The position numbers were made by a program, and so were the translations under genes. DNA of 39,233 nt from Escherichia phage Peacock, in sequence record MK903279.1, one strand, 5' to 3'. The notes beneath the pieces are model-generated. The model had not been told where the DNA came from, searched no databases, and saw only the letters and a list, made by a program, of their open reading frames with translations. How positions within the stretch are numbered: position 1 is the stretch's first letter; every line of letters starts with the position of its first letter. This document shows, one piece after another, positions 7,905 through 18,309 of this stretch.

Positions 7905-8080
7905 GTACACAACTTTATATCAACATAGCAAGTGGTCAACTCTACGCTGTGGTAAATGGCGAGCTGTGGTATCGTAAACTCAAGAAGTGGGCCAAGTCCT
8001 ACTACGATGAAGAGACAATATCAACCATGAGTCATCGCTACCGTAAGGCTGCTAAGGTGAACAACTTTAAGATGCGTTAA
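7901..8080 (+). CDS. Small hypothetical protein (59 aa)
   Basis: ATG overlaps the ligase stop (ATGA); track ORF 7862..8080 is the same frame. Confidence 0.5.
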   Translation: MSTQLYINIASGQLYAVVNGELWYRKLKKWAKSYYDEETISTMSHRYRKAAKVNNFKMR

Positions 8081-8086
8081 CGTCAA

Positions 8087-8117
8087 CCCAGTGGTCTTAG
8101 GACTGCTGGGTTTCTTT
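8087..8117 (+). terminator. Candidate intrinsic terminator (early terminator TE-like position)
   Basis: CCCAGTGG ... ACTGCTGGG stem (about 8 bp with two G-U pairs) followed by TTTCTTT; lies after the ligase gene block and before the next phage promoter. Confidence 0.4.
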
Positions 8118-8139
8118 GCGTCTGGTCCACCAGCTAGAC

Positions 8140-8162
8140 CCTAAGCTATCACTATAGGACAA
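8140..8162 (+). promoter_or_regulatory. Phage promoter
   Basis: CTAAGCTATCACTATAGGACAAC; +1 G at 8157. Confidence 0.65.
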
Positions 8163-8187
8163 CCTAACCGACCAAAGGAGAAACCTT

Positions 8188-8442
8188 ATGTCTAAAAACT
8201 TAATGTTCAACCGATTTACTCGAAGCTTCCACCTGTCGCATAGCCCATTCAGCTTCCATAAAGCTAATCAACCATTACCCCGATTTGGTAAGACAGTGGC
8301 TCTGTCTCCTACAGTTCATGCGCTAGTCACCCGCAAGTCTATGCTGAATGCTATGGATAAAGAACAAATTGATGTACCTGTGGTCGTTACAAAATGGCCT
8401 CGCATTAAGCTGGCACTTCTGGTAATTAAGGAGGCGCTCTGA
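8188..8442 (+). CDS. Hypothetical protein (84 aa)
   Basis: AAAGGAGAAA RBS; downstream of the promoter at 8140; no motif recognised. Confidence 0.55.
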   Translation: MSKNLMFNRFTRSFHLSHSPFSFHKANQPLPRFGKTVALSPTVHALVTRKSMLNAMDKEQIDVPVVVTKWPRIKLALLVIKEAL

Positions 8443-8780
8443 TGACATACTGTGATAGCACCACATACTGTGAAGCATGTAATGGTGACGACCGCTTCCC
8501 GCACGTTGGTAAACTTGTAGGTAACAAACTACAAGAAATTGATGTCGTCCGCAAGCCGTCCCACTATAAGGTCTTTGATGGCGTGGAATCCATTGAGATT
8601 ATTGCACGGTCAATGACTGTGAGTGAGTTCCGTGGGTTCTGCATGGGTAACGTCCTGAAGTATCGACTCCGGGCTGGTAAGAAGTCCGAGATGGCTACTA
8701 TGGAGAAGGACTTGAACAAAGCAGCCTTCTATCAGGAGCTATTCGACCTGCACAAAGGTAAGTGCTATGACTCCAAGTAG
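8442..8780 (+). CDS. Gene 1.7-like protein (DUF3310-type C-terminal region; T7 gp1.7 is a nucleotide kinase)
   Basis: ...KPSHYKVFDGVESIEIIARSMTVSEFRGFCMGNVLKYRLRAGKKSE...KDLNKAAFYQELF resembles the T7 gp1.7 C-terminus as recalled; shorter than T7 gp1.7. Confidence 0.65.
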   Translation: MTYCDSTTYCEACNGDDRFPHVGKLVGNKLQEIDVVRKPSHYKVFDGVESIEIIARSMTVSEFRGFCMGNVLKYRLRAGKKSEMATMEKDLNKAAFYQELFDLHKGKCYDSK

Positions 8781-8858
8781 TTGGTGTTTTAGACAGTGGG
8801 TCTCAACCGGGAATGTGGACTACCTGTCCATATACCATATGTGGAAGGAGAAAGGGCT

Positions 8859-9017
8859 ATGAGCCTTGAAGAAAAGAAATACATCGTGGAGCTTGAGGGT
8901 CGCGTTCAGTCCTTCGAGGTTCCGGTGTATGCAAAGTCTCTTGAAGAGGCTACTCTGAAGTCCCAAGAGTATGAGGACGCTGGGTTTGTGGTCGGACGGA
9001 TTCGTCCTGAGACCTAA
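8859..9017 (+). CDS. Gp2-like inhibitor of host RNA polymerase
   Basis: Start set at ATG 8859 (GGAGAAAGGG RBS); ...[32 protein letters not shown] resembles T7 Gp2 (...[33 protein letters not shown]) as recalled. Confidence 0.8.
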   Translation: MSLEEKKYIVELEGRVQSFEVPVYAKSLEEATLKSQEYEDAGFVVGRIRPET

Positions 9018-9035
9018 ACTATCACTGTAGGACAG
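9013..9035 (+). promoter_or_regulatory. Phage promoter, divergent copy (phi2.5-like)
   Basis: CCTAAACTATCACTGTAGGACAG; G in place of A at -3. Confidence 0.55.
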
Positions 9036-9074
9036 ACGTCCAGTTCGTAACTTTAAATTAGGAGATTTACACCA

Positions 9075-9773
9075 ATGGCTAAAGAGCAACTGAAGACTTT
9101 CACCACTCCGGTAGCTGGTATCGTTGAGCCTTACGCATGGCTGAACAAAGCAGACACCAAGTTTAATGAGCGTGGTGAGCATAAGGTTAACCTGACATTC
9201 GACCTGAGCAACCCGAAGGTCCGTAAGATGATTGATGTCTTACAGAAGATTCACGACGATGCGTATGCGAAAGCACTCGCAGACCACGAGAAGAACCCAC
9301 CTCAGGTTCAGCGTGGCAAGAAGCCTATTGAACCACGAGAGGGCGACATGCCGTGGATTGAGAATGGTGACGGTACTGTTACCCTGAAGTTTAAATGCTT
9401 CGCGTCTTACCTGAAGGATGGTAAGTCAGAGCCTATCGTATTACGGTTCTACGACACCGATGCTAAGTTAATCCGTGACGTCCCGAATATTGGCGCTGGC
9501 TCAAAACTGAAGGTCAAGTTTAAAGTCCTGCCGTTCAAGTGGAACGCTGCGACTGGTGCAAGCGTTAAGCTACAGCTTGAGTCCTGCCTTCTGGTAGAAC
9601 TGAAGGAGTGGAAAGGTGATGGTACTGGTGGCGATGGCGGCTGGGGTGATGATGAAGACCTCGGTACTGGCTACAAAGCATCAACCGATGGTGACTTCGG
9701 GTCTGATGACTTCGGTGACGATGGTTACGAAGGTGGTGACGCCTCCAACTCTGGTGGCGATTACGACTTCTAA
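9075..9773 (+). CDS. Single-stranded DNA-binding protein (T7 gene 2.5 homolog)
   Basis: MAKEQ... start, ...GASVKLQLESCLLVEL... and acidic C-terminal tail ending ...GGDYDF match T7 gp2.5 as recalled. Confidence 0.92.
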   Translation: MAKEQLKTFTTPVAGIVEPYAWLNKADTKFNERGEHKVNLTFDLSNPKVRKMIDVLQKIHDDAYAKALADHEKNPPQVQRGKKPIEPREGDMPWIENGDGTVTLKFKCFASYLKDGKSEPIVLRFYDTDAKLIRDVPNIGAGSKLKVKFKVLPFKWNAATGASVKLQLESCLLVELKEWKGDGTGGDGGWGDDEDLGTGYKASTDGDFGSDDFGDDGYEGGDASNSGGDYDF

Positions 9774-10225
9774 TGGCCCAATGGTCTGCAAAACGGGGGC
9801 ACTCTGTGGGTGCCTACCGCTCTGGACTTGAAGCCAAGAACCAGCAGTGGCTGGAACAGAACGGCGTCAAAGCGGAGTACGAAAGCCATTATATCAACTA
9901 TGTGATTCCGGCTTCCGACCACAAGTACACACCAGATTTTATCCTTCCCAACGGTATCATCGTGGAGACCAAAGGTATCTTCGATAGTGATGACCGTAAG
10001 AAGCACCTTCTGGTACGAGAACAGCACCCAGAGTTAGACATCCGGTTCGTGTTCTCAAGTGCCCGCTCCAAGTTATACAAAGGGTCTCCGACCACGTATG
10101 GCGCATGGTGCGAAAAGAACGGCTATAAGTATGCCGATAAGTTCATCCCGGTTGAGTGGCTGCGAGAGGCGACTGTACGTCTGCCTTCAGGTATACTCAT
10201 CCCCAAGAAGAAAGGAGTTAAGTGA
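9773..10225 (+). CDS. Endonuclease I, Holliday-junction resolvase (T7 gene 3 homolog)
   Basis: ...YRSGLEAKNQQWLEQNGVKAEYE...VIPASDHKYTPDFILPNGIIVETKGIFDSDDRKKHLLVREQHPELDIRFVFSS... matches T7 gp3; ATG overlaps the SSB stop. Confidence 0.92.
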   Translation: MAQWSAKRGHSVGAYRSGLEAKNQQWLEQNGVKAEYESHYINYVIPASDHKYTPDFILPNGIIVETKGIFDSDDRKKHLLVREQHPELDIRFVFSSARSKLYKGSPTTYGAWCEKNGYKYADKFIPVEWLREATVRLPSGILIPKKKGVK

Positions 10226-10449
10226 TGACTCAGGAAGTTAAGGTCGTTCGTCAGCGTCTGACCATTGATAAAATCCCGGTAGGCTATGCGTTTATCGTCC
10301 ACGGTAAGCCGGGTGAAGTGTACGTGAAGATTAGTAACTCTCACGTCTTCAACCATAAGTTACTCCAGATGCACACCACGGATGCTAACCGCTTCCAACG
10401 TCATCTGAACCTCGTAGCTGTAGAGCTGGTGGTGTATGATGGTGAGTAA
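10225..10449 (+). CDS. Hypothetical protein (74 aa) inserted between endonuclease I and lysozyme
   Basis: AAGGAG RBS; ATG 10225 overlaps the gene 3 stop; 3' end overlaps the lysozyme start; no motif recognised. Confidence 0.55.
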   Translation: MTQEVKVVRQRLTIDKIPVGYAFIVHGKPGEVYVKISNSHVFNHKLLQMHTTDANRFQRHLNLVAVELVVYDGE

Positions 10450-10897
10450 GGTGCAATTCAACCCACGGTCACGGACTGACGCTATCTTCGTTCACTGTTC
10501 GGCTACCAAGCCAGAGATGGACATCGGGGTAGAGACCATCCGTATGTGGCACAAGCAGCAAGGATGGCTGGACGTAGGCTACCACTTTATCATCAAGCGC
10601 GATGGTACTGTGGAAGAGGGTCGCCCGGTCAATGTCGTAGGGTCACACGTTAAGGACTGGAACTCCAAGTCCGTAGGCGTCTGCCTTGTAGGTGGAATCA
10701 ACGCTAAGGGTCAGTTTGAAGCTAACTTCACTCCAGCCCAGATGAACTCCCTGCGCAACAAGCTGGCTGACCTGAAGGCCCTGTATCCTCAGGCAGAAAT
10801 CAAAGCACACCATGACGTAGCACCAAAGGCGTGTCCAAGTTTCGACTTACAACGCTGGCTGTCTACCAATGAGCTGGTCACTTCCGACCACGGTTAA
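10436..10897 (+). CDS. N-acetylmuramoyl-L-alanine amidase / T7-type lysozyme (gene 3.5 homolog)
   Basis: ...RTDAIFVHCSATKP...WLDVGYHFIIKRDGTVEEGR...VGVCLVGGI...AHHDVAPKACPSFDL... matches T7 lysozyme including its zinc-ligand positions. Confidence 0.93.
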   Translation: MMVSKVQFNPRSRTDAIFVHCSATKPEMDIGVETIRMWHKQQGWLDVGYHFIIKRDGTVEEGRPVNVVGSHVKDWNSKSVGVCLVGGINAKGQFEANFTPAQMNSLRNKLADLKALYPQAEIKAHHDVAPKACPSFDLQRWLSTNELVTSDHG

Positions 10898-10921
10898 TAA
10901 ACTCTAAAGGAGAATAACTCA

Positions 10922-11137
10922 ATGATTAAACTTATCGAATTTCTCGGTCGTCTGGTGGTGCGTGGTTATCGTCGTGCTGCGGTTATGGAACGAAAGGTAG
11001 CAGAGAAGACTGCTGACGGTGCGGCTGATGCTGCTGCTCTGGCTGACAAGCTGACCATCGCGTCACTGGAAGCTGGCATGAAGGCACGTCAGGCTGACAC
11101 CAAAGCTGACCAGTTGTCTAAGTTCTTCAAAGCCTAA
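10922..11137 (+). CDS. Hypothetical Ala/Lys-rich protein (71 aa)
   Basis: AAGGAGAA RBS; no motif recognised. Confidence 0.5.
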   Translation: MIKLIEFLGRLVVRGYRRAAVMERKVAEKTADGAADAAALADKLTIASLEAGMKARQADTKADQLSKFFKA

Positions 11138-11155
11138 ACTATCACCTTAGGGATG
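11133..11155 (+). promoter_or_regulatory. Phage promoter, divergent copy (phi3.8-like)
   Basis: CCTAAACTATCACCTTAGGGATG; CT in place of TA at -4/-3. Confidence 0.5.
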
Positions 11156-11202
11156 GGACCATGAGTCCTGTCCCTTTGTTCGCATTTATGATTAAGGAGT
11201 GA

Positions 11203-12948
<1,746 letters not shown>

Positions 12949-12949
<1 letters not shown>

Positions 12950-13113
12950 TGTTAAAGAAACTTAAAGCTCGATACCATCGGTTCATGTACAAATGGTGGA
13001 GCGATGAAGCAACCTGCCTGTCGAACATTCTGGGAGACCAGAGGTTCGACTCTAAGGCATGGAAGAAAGCTAACCGGAAGTTCATGTACCACTTCTTGCG
13101 TACAGACTTATAG
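12949..13113 (+). CDS. Small basic hypothetical protein (54 aa, GTG start)
   Basis: GGAGG RBS 7 nt upstream of GTG 12949; not in ORF track (below 60 aa). Confidence 0.4.
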
Positions 13114-13160
13114 GTCTAGACTCAAGGTCATTCACATCGAGTGGCCTTTATGATTAGACT
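13114..13160 (+). promoter_or_regulatory. RNase III-type processing hairpin (R4.7-like)
   Basis: GGTCTAGACTCAAGGTCATTCACATCGAGTGGCCTTTATGATTAGAC; AAGGTCAT can pair with GTGGCCTT (G-U pairs allowed). Confidence 0.5.
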
Positions 13161-13177
13161 AAAGCGGAGGATTAACC

Positions 13178-15349
13178 ATGTTTGACCTTAAGGATATTTG
13201 GGGTTCGGACATCGAGACCAACGGTCTCCTTGACACCGTGTCCCAGTTCCATTGTGGGGTCCTGATTAATGCCGAGTCGAATGAGACCCTTAAGTATGGG
13301 GTAGCTCCGATGGTCGGTATCATCGGTGGCTTCAAAGAGTATGTGCAGAAGGTGGAAGAGATTGCTGCAACGCCTACGGGTATGCTGGTATTCCATAACG
13401 GTATCAACTATGACGTCCCGGCTATAGACAAGCTGAAGCGTTTGTACTTTGGGAAACGCTTTAACTTCCCGAAACACAAGATGATTGATACCTTGGTGTT
13501 GGGCCGCTTGATGTATCCCAACATTAAGTTCTCAGACATGGGCGCGGTGAAAGCTGGTCGTCTGCCTCCTAAGATGATGGGACGCCAGTCTCTTGAGGCT
13601 TGGGGCTATCGTCTCGGTGAGATGAAGGGTGAGTACAAACACGATTACGTTGCCAAGTGCAAGGCCGAAGGTATCGAATATAAGGCTGGGGACGAATGGT
13701 TGTTCCCGTCTCAGGAGATGCTGGACTATAACGTTCAGGACGTTGTGGTCACACTGGCGTTGTTCAAGAAGTTCCTGACTGACAAGTATTACTTCCAGTC
13801 TGAACAGTTCGCTTTCGAACAGATTTATGCGTTGCGTCTGGAACATGATGCTGCGTGGACCTGTGCGAAGATGGAGCGTAACGGCTATCCGATGAATACC
13901 GAGATGGTCGAAGGCTTATATCGTGAACTCACCGTCAAACGTGCAGAGCTGCTGGACAAGCTGCGTTCGACTTTCGGTAGCTGGTATGCACCGAAGGGAG
14001 GCAAGGAGTTCTTCAGACATCCACGGACAGGTAAGGACCTTCCGAAGTATCCGCGAGTCGTGTATCCTAAGGTTGGGTCAGTATTCAAGAAGCCGAAGAA
14101 CAAAGCTCAACGCTTAGGTCTGGAGCCTTGCGAGTTCGACTCACGAGACACGATGGAAGGAGCACCATTCACGCCAATCACTTACGTTGAGTTTAATCCG
14201 GGAAGCGGAGACCACTTAGCGAAAGTTCTGATGGAGCGTGGTTGGGAGCCTGTGGACTTCACTGACACCGGGAAACCTGTAGTCGATGACGAGACGTTGG
14301 AACACGTTAAGTTACCAGACGCAGAGGCTCAGGCTTGCGTAGAGCTGGTCCGTGAGTATCTGGTGGTCCAGAAGCGCATCGGTCAGGCTGCTGAAGGTAA
14401 GAACGCATGGTTGAAACTTGTAGGTCCAGACGGACGTATGCACGGTTCAATCAACCCATGTGGTGCAGTAACCGGACGTGCGACCCATAGTTCACCAAAC
14501 ATGGCTCAGGTACCGGCTAACGGTGCTCCGTATGGTGAGACTTGCCGTGGTGCTTTTGGTGCAGCGTGGAACAAGAAGGACGGTAAACCAGACCCTTGGA
14601 TTCAAGTAGGTGTGGATGCTTCAGGTCTTGAGCTTCGTTGTCTGGGGAATCGAGCGGCTCCGTTTGATGGTGGAGACTATGCGAAGACTGTGGTCGAAGG
14701 TGACATCCACTGGGCCAACGCAGTCAACGCTGGGTTAGCACCTAACGTTCCACGCGATAAGTCGAACCACGACCACGATGCTTTCCGTAATAACGCCAAG
14801 ACGTTCATCTATGCGTTCCTGTATGGTGCAGGGGCCGCGAAGATTGGACTTATAGTTGGAGGTGGTAAGAAGGAAGGTGCGGCCCTGATGAAGAAATTCA
14901 TTGAGGGTACACCAGCTATCAAGGACCTGCGAGAGGCTGTGCAGAACACGCTCATCTCAGAGTCGAAGTGGGTAGATGGTGAGAACATCGTGAAGTGGAA
15001 ACGTCGCTGGCTGAAAGGTCTGGATGGTCGCCGAATTCACATCCGGTCGCCACACTCAGCACTTAACGCTCTACTTCAGGGTGATGGTGCGGTTGTCTGT
15101 AAGCACTGGATTGTCGAGACCGAGCGTATGCTCGAAGAGGCCGGGTATGTCCACGGCTGGGAAGGAGACTTCGCGTACATGGCATGGGTTCACGATGAGC
15201 TACAGATTGCGTGTCGTACTCAGGAGATTGCCGAAGAAGTCGTCAAAATTGCTCAACTTGCTATGCGTAAGGTGGGTGAGTTCTATAACTTTAAATGTGT
15301 CCTTGATACCGAAGGTAAGATTGGACCAACGTGGAAGGAGTGTCACTAA
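13178..15349 (+). CDS. DNA polymerase (T7 gene 5 homolog)
   Basis: 723 aa; ...DIETNGLL...FHCGV..., ...GEMKGEYKHDY..., ...AKTFIYAFLYGAG..., ...DFAYMAWVHDELQ... match T7 gp5 as recalled. Confidence 0.95.
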   Translation: MFDLKDIWGSDIETNGLLDTVSQFHCGVLINAESNETLKYGVAPMVGIIGGFKEYVQKVEEIAATPTGMLVFHNGINYDVPAIDKLKRLYFGKRFNFPKHKMIDTLVLGRLMYPNIKFSDMGAVKAGRLPPKMMGRQSLEAWGYRLGEMKGEYKHDYVAKCKAEGIEYKAGDEWLFPSQEMLDYNVQDVVVTLALFKKFLTDKYYFQSEQFAFEQIYALRLEHDAAWTCAKMERNGYPMNTEMVEGLYRELTVKRAELLDKLRSTFGSWYAPKGGKEFFRHPRTGKDLPKYPRVVYPKVGSVFKKPKNKAQRLGLEPCEFDSRDTMEGAPFTPITYVEFNPGSGDHLAKVLMERGWEPVDFTDTGKPVVDDETLEHVKLPDAEAQACVELVREYLVVQKRIGQAAEGKNAWLKLVGPDGRMHGSINPCGAVTGRATHSSPNMAQVPANGAPYGETCRGAFGAAWNKKDGKPDPWIQVGVDASGLELRCLGNRAAPFDGGDYAKTVVEGDIHWANAVNAGLAPNVPRDKSNHDHDAFRNNAKTFIYAFLYGAGAAKIGLIVGGGKKEGAALMKKFIEGTPAIKDLREAVQNTLISESKWVDGENIVKWKRRWLKGLDGRRIHIRSPHSALNALLQGDGAVVCKHWIVETERMLEEAGYVHGWEGDFAYMAWVHDELQIACRTQEIAEEVVKIAQLAMRKVGEFYNFKCVLDTEGKIGPTWKECH

Positions 15350-15639
15350 TGGCTATGACCAAACGTATGCGAGTTTCGTTCTCGCTGGGTGCTGTGTTTC
15401 CAACTGAAAACGTGGAGAACTTCAAGAAGACTCTCTGCGAGCTGAGCCGTAAGGTCCTCAACGGAGAGAAGACCACTGGTTTTGAGCATAAGATGGTAGA
15501 GGTTGGTGTAACTGAAGGTCTTGAAGCTGTAGTCGAACTGGTCATCAAGAAAGTTATCGTCGAGCAGCTGAAAGAAGACCTGAGCGATTACGATAGCCAG
15601 CCGAGCTTTGGCAACTTCCGGGTGGAGTTCGAACGATGA
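15349..15639 (+). CDS. Gene 5.5-like protein (H-NS-binding in T7)
   Basis: Start set at ATG 15349 overlapping the gene 5 stop; MAMTKRMRVSF matches the T7 gp5.5 start MAMTKRFKVSF. Confidence 0.75.
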   Translation: MAMTKRMRVSFSLGAVFPTENVENFKKTLCELSRKVLNGEKTTGFEHKMVEVGVTEGLEAVVELVIKKVIVEQLKEDLSDYDSQPSFGNFRVEFER

Positions 15640-15845
15640 GTGAATACTTACGGGTCCTAGCGGCCCTTAAGTCCTGCCCGAAGACCTTTCAGTCCAACTA
15701 TGTGCGCAACAACGCTGCACTTGTGGCTGAGGCTGCGAGTCGTGGACATCTAAGCTGCCTGTCTATGGACGGGCGTAACAACGGTGCGTGGGAGATTACC
15801 GCTGCTGGCACCAAGTTCCTGAACCAACACGGAGGCTGTCTATGA
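15636..15845 (+). CDS. Gene 5.7-like protein
   Basis: MSEYLRVLAALKSCPKTFQSNYVRNNAALVAEAASRGHLSCL... is near-identical to T7 gp5.7 as recalled. Confidence 0.85.
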   Translation: MSEYLRVLAALKSCPKTFQSNYVRNNAALVAEAASRGHLSCLSMDGRNNGAWEITAAGTKFLNQHGGCL

Positions 15846-16060
15846 ACCAAGACGTATCAGGACGAGAACTTAAGGTAGGACAGAAGGTTGCTTTCTGTCT
15901 GGCTGGAAAATCATACGCAATGTGTATAGGCGAAGTCGTCCGGGTAATGCCTAAGACGGTAGCCATCAAGCATAAGACATTTATTCGCTGGAAAGGAGCT
16001 GCCGAGGAAGTCGAGACGGTACGTGCATTCTCTTCAGTGTGTATCGTTGAGGAGGCGTAA
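15842..16060 (+). CDS. Hypothetical protein (72 aa)
   Basis: ATG overlaps the 5.7 stop (ATGA); sits where T7 has gene 5.9 but shows no resemblance to it as recalled. Confidence 0.5.
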   Translation: MNQDVSGRELKVGQKVAFCLAGKSYAMCIGEVVRVMPKTVAIKHKTFIRWKGAAEEVETVRAFSSVCIVEEA

Positions 16061-16926
16061 TGTCTGACAAGAAGATAGCTCTGGTTCTGGATGGTGACTA
16101 TCTGGTATTCTCTTCTATGGCTGCGGCTGAGGATGAGACAGATTGGGGCGATGATATTTATACTCTGATTTGTGACCACGCAAAGGCTCGTCGTATCCTT
16201 GAGAACACCATCGCTGAAATCGTTAAGAAGCGAAAGGCGTGGAAAGACGCTAAGATTGTTATGTGCTTCACCGATGACGTGAACTGGCGCAAGTCAATAC
16301 TACCGACCTATAAGGCCAACCGTAAAGGTTCTCGCAAGCCTGTAGGTTACAAGAAGTTCGTAGCCGAAGTGATGGCTGACCCACGGTTCAACAGCTTCCT
16401 GCGGCCAACGCTGGAGGGAGATGACTGTATGGGTATCATCGGGACACGACCTCAGATTGTAGGTTGTGACCATGCGGTTCTGGTATCCTGCGATAAGGAC
16501 TTCAAGACCATCCCGAACTGTGAGTTCTTCTGGTTAACCACTGGTGAAATCCTGAGTCATACGACTGCTGAGGCAGACTACTGGCACATGGAGCAGACCA
16601 TCAAGGGTGACACTACAGATGGCTACGGCGGGATTCCGGGGATGGGTGAGGACACCACTCGTGCGTTCCTTGATGAGCCGTACTACTTCGTGCAGGAGAG
16701 CCGTGAGCTTAAGACTGGTAAGAACAAAGGCCAGATTAAGACTGAGTGGAAGAAGTATCCAAAGCGTGAAGACATGACGCTGTGGGACTGCATGGTTACT
16801 CTGGCGGCTAAAGCTGGGATGACCGAGGAGGAGCTTCTGGTCCAAGCTCAGGTCGCTCGTATTTGCCGAGCCTCCGACTATGACCCTAAGTCCAAGGAGG
16901 TCATCCTGTGGACACCATCCATGTAA
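16060..16926 (+). CDS. 5'-3' exonuclease (T7 gene 6 homolog)
   Basis: ...CDHAKARRILEN...FTDDVNWRK...YKANRKG...SCDKDFKTIPNCEFFW...TIKGDTTDGYGGIPG...WDCM...AKAGMTEEEL... match T7 gp6. Confidence 0.93.
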   Translation: MSDKKIALVLDGDYLVFSSMAAAEDETDWGDDIYTLICDHAKARRILENTIAEIVKKRKAWKDAKIVMCFTDDVNWRKSILPTYKANRKGSRKPVGYKKFVAEVMADPRFNSFLRPTLEGDDCMGIIGTRPQIVGCDHAVLVSCDKDFKTIPNCEFFWLTTGEILSHTTAEADYWHMEQTIKGDTTDGYGGIPGMGEDTTRAFLDEPYYFVQESRELKTGKNKGQIKTEWKKYPKREDMTLWDCMVTLAAKAGMTEEELLVQAQVARICRASDYDPKSKEVILWTPSM

Positions 16927-17000
16927 TCTACTGGGCCGGACTTCTGGCCCTTTACTGCATGTACAAGTGGTTCGGGTCGAACAACCGCCCTAAACACTGA
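16908..17000 (+). CDS. Small hydrophobic peptide ORF (30 aa, GTG start)
   Basis: AAGGAGG RBS 7 nt upstream of GTG 16908; overlaps the gene 6 3' end out of frame. Confidence 0.3.
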   Translation: MDTIHVIYWAGLLALYCMYKWFGSNNRPKH

Positions 17001-17052
17001 GTCTAACCGATAGTCATATCCTATCAATCCAACAGTCATCCATAGATGAAAC

Positions 17053-17075
17053 ACTAAACTATCACTATAGGGACT
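17053..17075 (+). promoter_or_regulatory. Phage promoter (phi6.5-like)
   Basis: CACTAAACTATCACTATAGGGACTTT; +1 G at 17070. Confidence 0.7.
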
Positions 17076-17136
17076 TTAGGACCTAAGATATGACTATAAG
17101 ATAGACTTTAGTCTTAACTTAAAGAGGAGATTCAAG

Positions 17137-17409
17137 ATGGCGATTAATGCTATTGAAAATGTTGTTAAGCAGCTACAGGAAGAAAGACTTGATGTCCCGA
17201 ACATCTCCCAGTCTGCCATCCAGTTCCTGCACGTATTGTTCAACGCAAGCTACGCTGAGAAGATGGGAGCTATCAGTCTCCTCAAGCAGCAAGGCTACAG
17301 CGATGCGTTCATTGCCGGGTTCATCAAGGGTCTCCAGTATTGCTCTGACACTCTCGACTCTGCGATTGCTATGCGTCGTGAGCTGAAAGATACCGTTCAG
17401 TTTGATTAA
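17137..17409 (+). CDS. Gene 6.5-position hypothetical protein (90 aa)
   Basis: AAGAGGAGA RBS; assigned by position only. Confidence 0.55.
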   Translation: MAINAIENVVKQLQEERLDVPNISQSAIQFLHVLFNASYAEKMGAISLLKQQGYSDAFIAGFIKGLQYCSDTLDSAIAMRRELKDTVQFD

Positions 17410-17423
17410 CTGTAGGAGGGACC

Positions 17424-17648
17424 ATGTGTTTCAGTCCAAAGATTAGCACTCCGAAGCCTTCGGTCCAAGCACCTGAACCAGCACCTCTGAGTGAGGAAGT
17501 TGCGTCAGTTGACATCGGGGCTGAATCGGATGTGGACACCAACGAGACCAAAGGTATCAAAGACCTGAAGGTTAAGAAGGAGTCTGCGCCTAAAGATAAA
17601 TCGTCAGTAAGTCGCGCTATGCGTAACTCTGGCGTCAACATGGGGTAA
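17424..17648 (+). CDS. Gene 6.7-like virion protein
   Basis: MCFSPKISTPK start matches the T7 gp6.7 start MCFSPKIKTPK. Confidence 0.8.
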   Translation: MCFSPKISTPKPSVQAPEPAPLSEEVASVDIGAESDVDTNETKGIKDLKVKKESAPKDKSSVSRAMRNSGVNMG

Positions 17649-17652
17649 GACA

Positions 17653-18057
17653 ATGCTACCATATCTCAACTCACGCGAAGGTCGCCACATGTGTGCTTGT
17701 CGCCTCTGGGAAGACGGGCAGTCTAACTTCAAGTCATTCGAGGACTTCAAGGCTCATACTTACCGTATGGCTGACGAGTTCGATGGTGAAGAGTACACAA
17801 TATACGATGTCTCAGGTCAACCAGTAGCGTATCTCTACATGCTGGCTACCGCATCTTGGCACCGACCGACTCCCGGTCTTGACCTTTCAATCGTCGCTAT
17901 TCGTCGTGACTCGCAGTCCTCCCGCAAGGTTCTTGAGACTGTCAGGCGCATCGTAAACGAAGAGTGCAAGCGTTGGGGTCTTGACTGGTATTCTCGTGTC
18001 AAGCATGTTTCTGGGTCGGTAGACATCGTAACAACTAAGGAGATTAACCGTGGGTAA
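17653..18057 (+). CDS. Gene 7-position protein (134 aa)
   Basis: Assigned by position between 6.7 and 7.3 and by size; function not supported by motif. Confidence 0.5.
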   Translation: MLPYLNSREGRHMCACRLWEDGQSNFKSFEDFKAHTYRMADEFDGEEYTIYDVSGQPVAYLYMLATASWHRPTPGLDLSIVAIRRDSQSSRKVLETVRRIVNEECKRWGLDWYSRVKHVSGSVDIVTTKEINRG

Positions 18058-18298
18058 ATCAATCAGTAAAGCTTTCAAGAAGGTGGTTAACAATGCACTG
18101 GGGACAGTTGGTCTCGGTAAAGATGAAGCACCTAAGGTTGTTGAGGCTCAGACCCCAGCAGCTCCAGTTGAAGTGCCAAACGACCAAGTGGAAGATGTGG
18201 ATACCGAGGTGACTGCATCTGACGAGAAGAAAGTGAAGCGCACTGGTAAGCGTGGACTTCAGGTCTCTCGTAACTCTGGCGGCGGTATTTCTATTTAA
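18050..18298 (+). CDS. Gene 7.3-like tail/virion protein
   Basis: MGK... start and ...SRNSGGGISI end resemble T7 gp7.3 (...ARSSGGGINI). Confidence 0.8.
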   Translation: MGKSISKAFKKVVNNALGTVGLGKDEAPKVVEAQTPAAPVEVPNDQVEDVDTEVTASDEKKVKRTGKRGLQVSRNSGGGISI

Positions 18299-18309
18299 GG
18301 AGGTGACAA

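Noticed and set aside
9616-9831. + strand ORF overlapping the SSB C-terminus and endonuclease I start
   Set aside because: Alternative frame through the GGT/GAT-rich acidic tail region of gene 2.5; no RBS; likely artefact.
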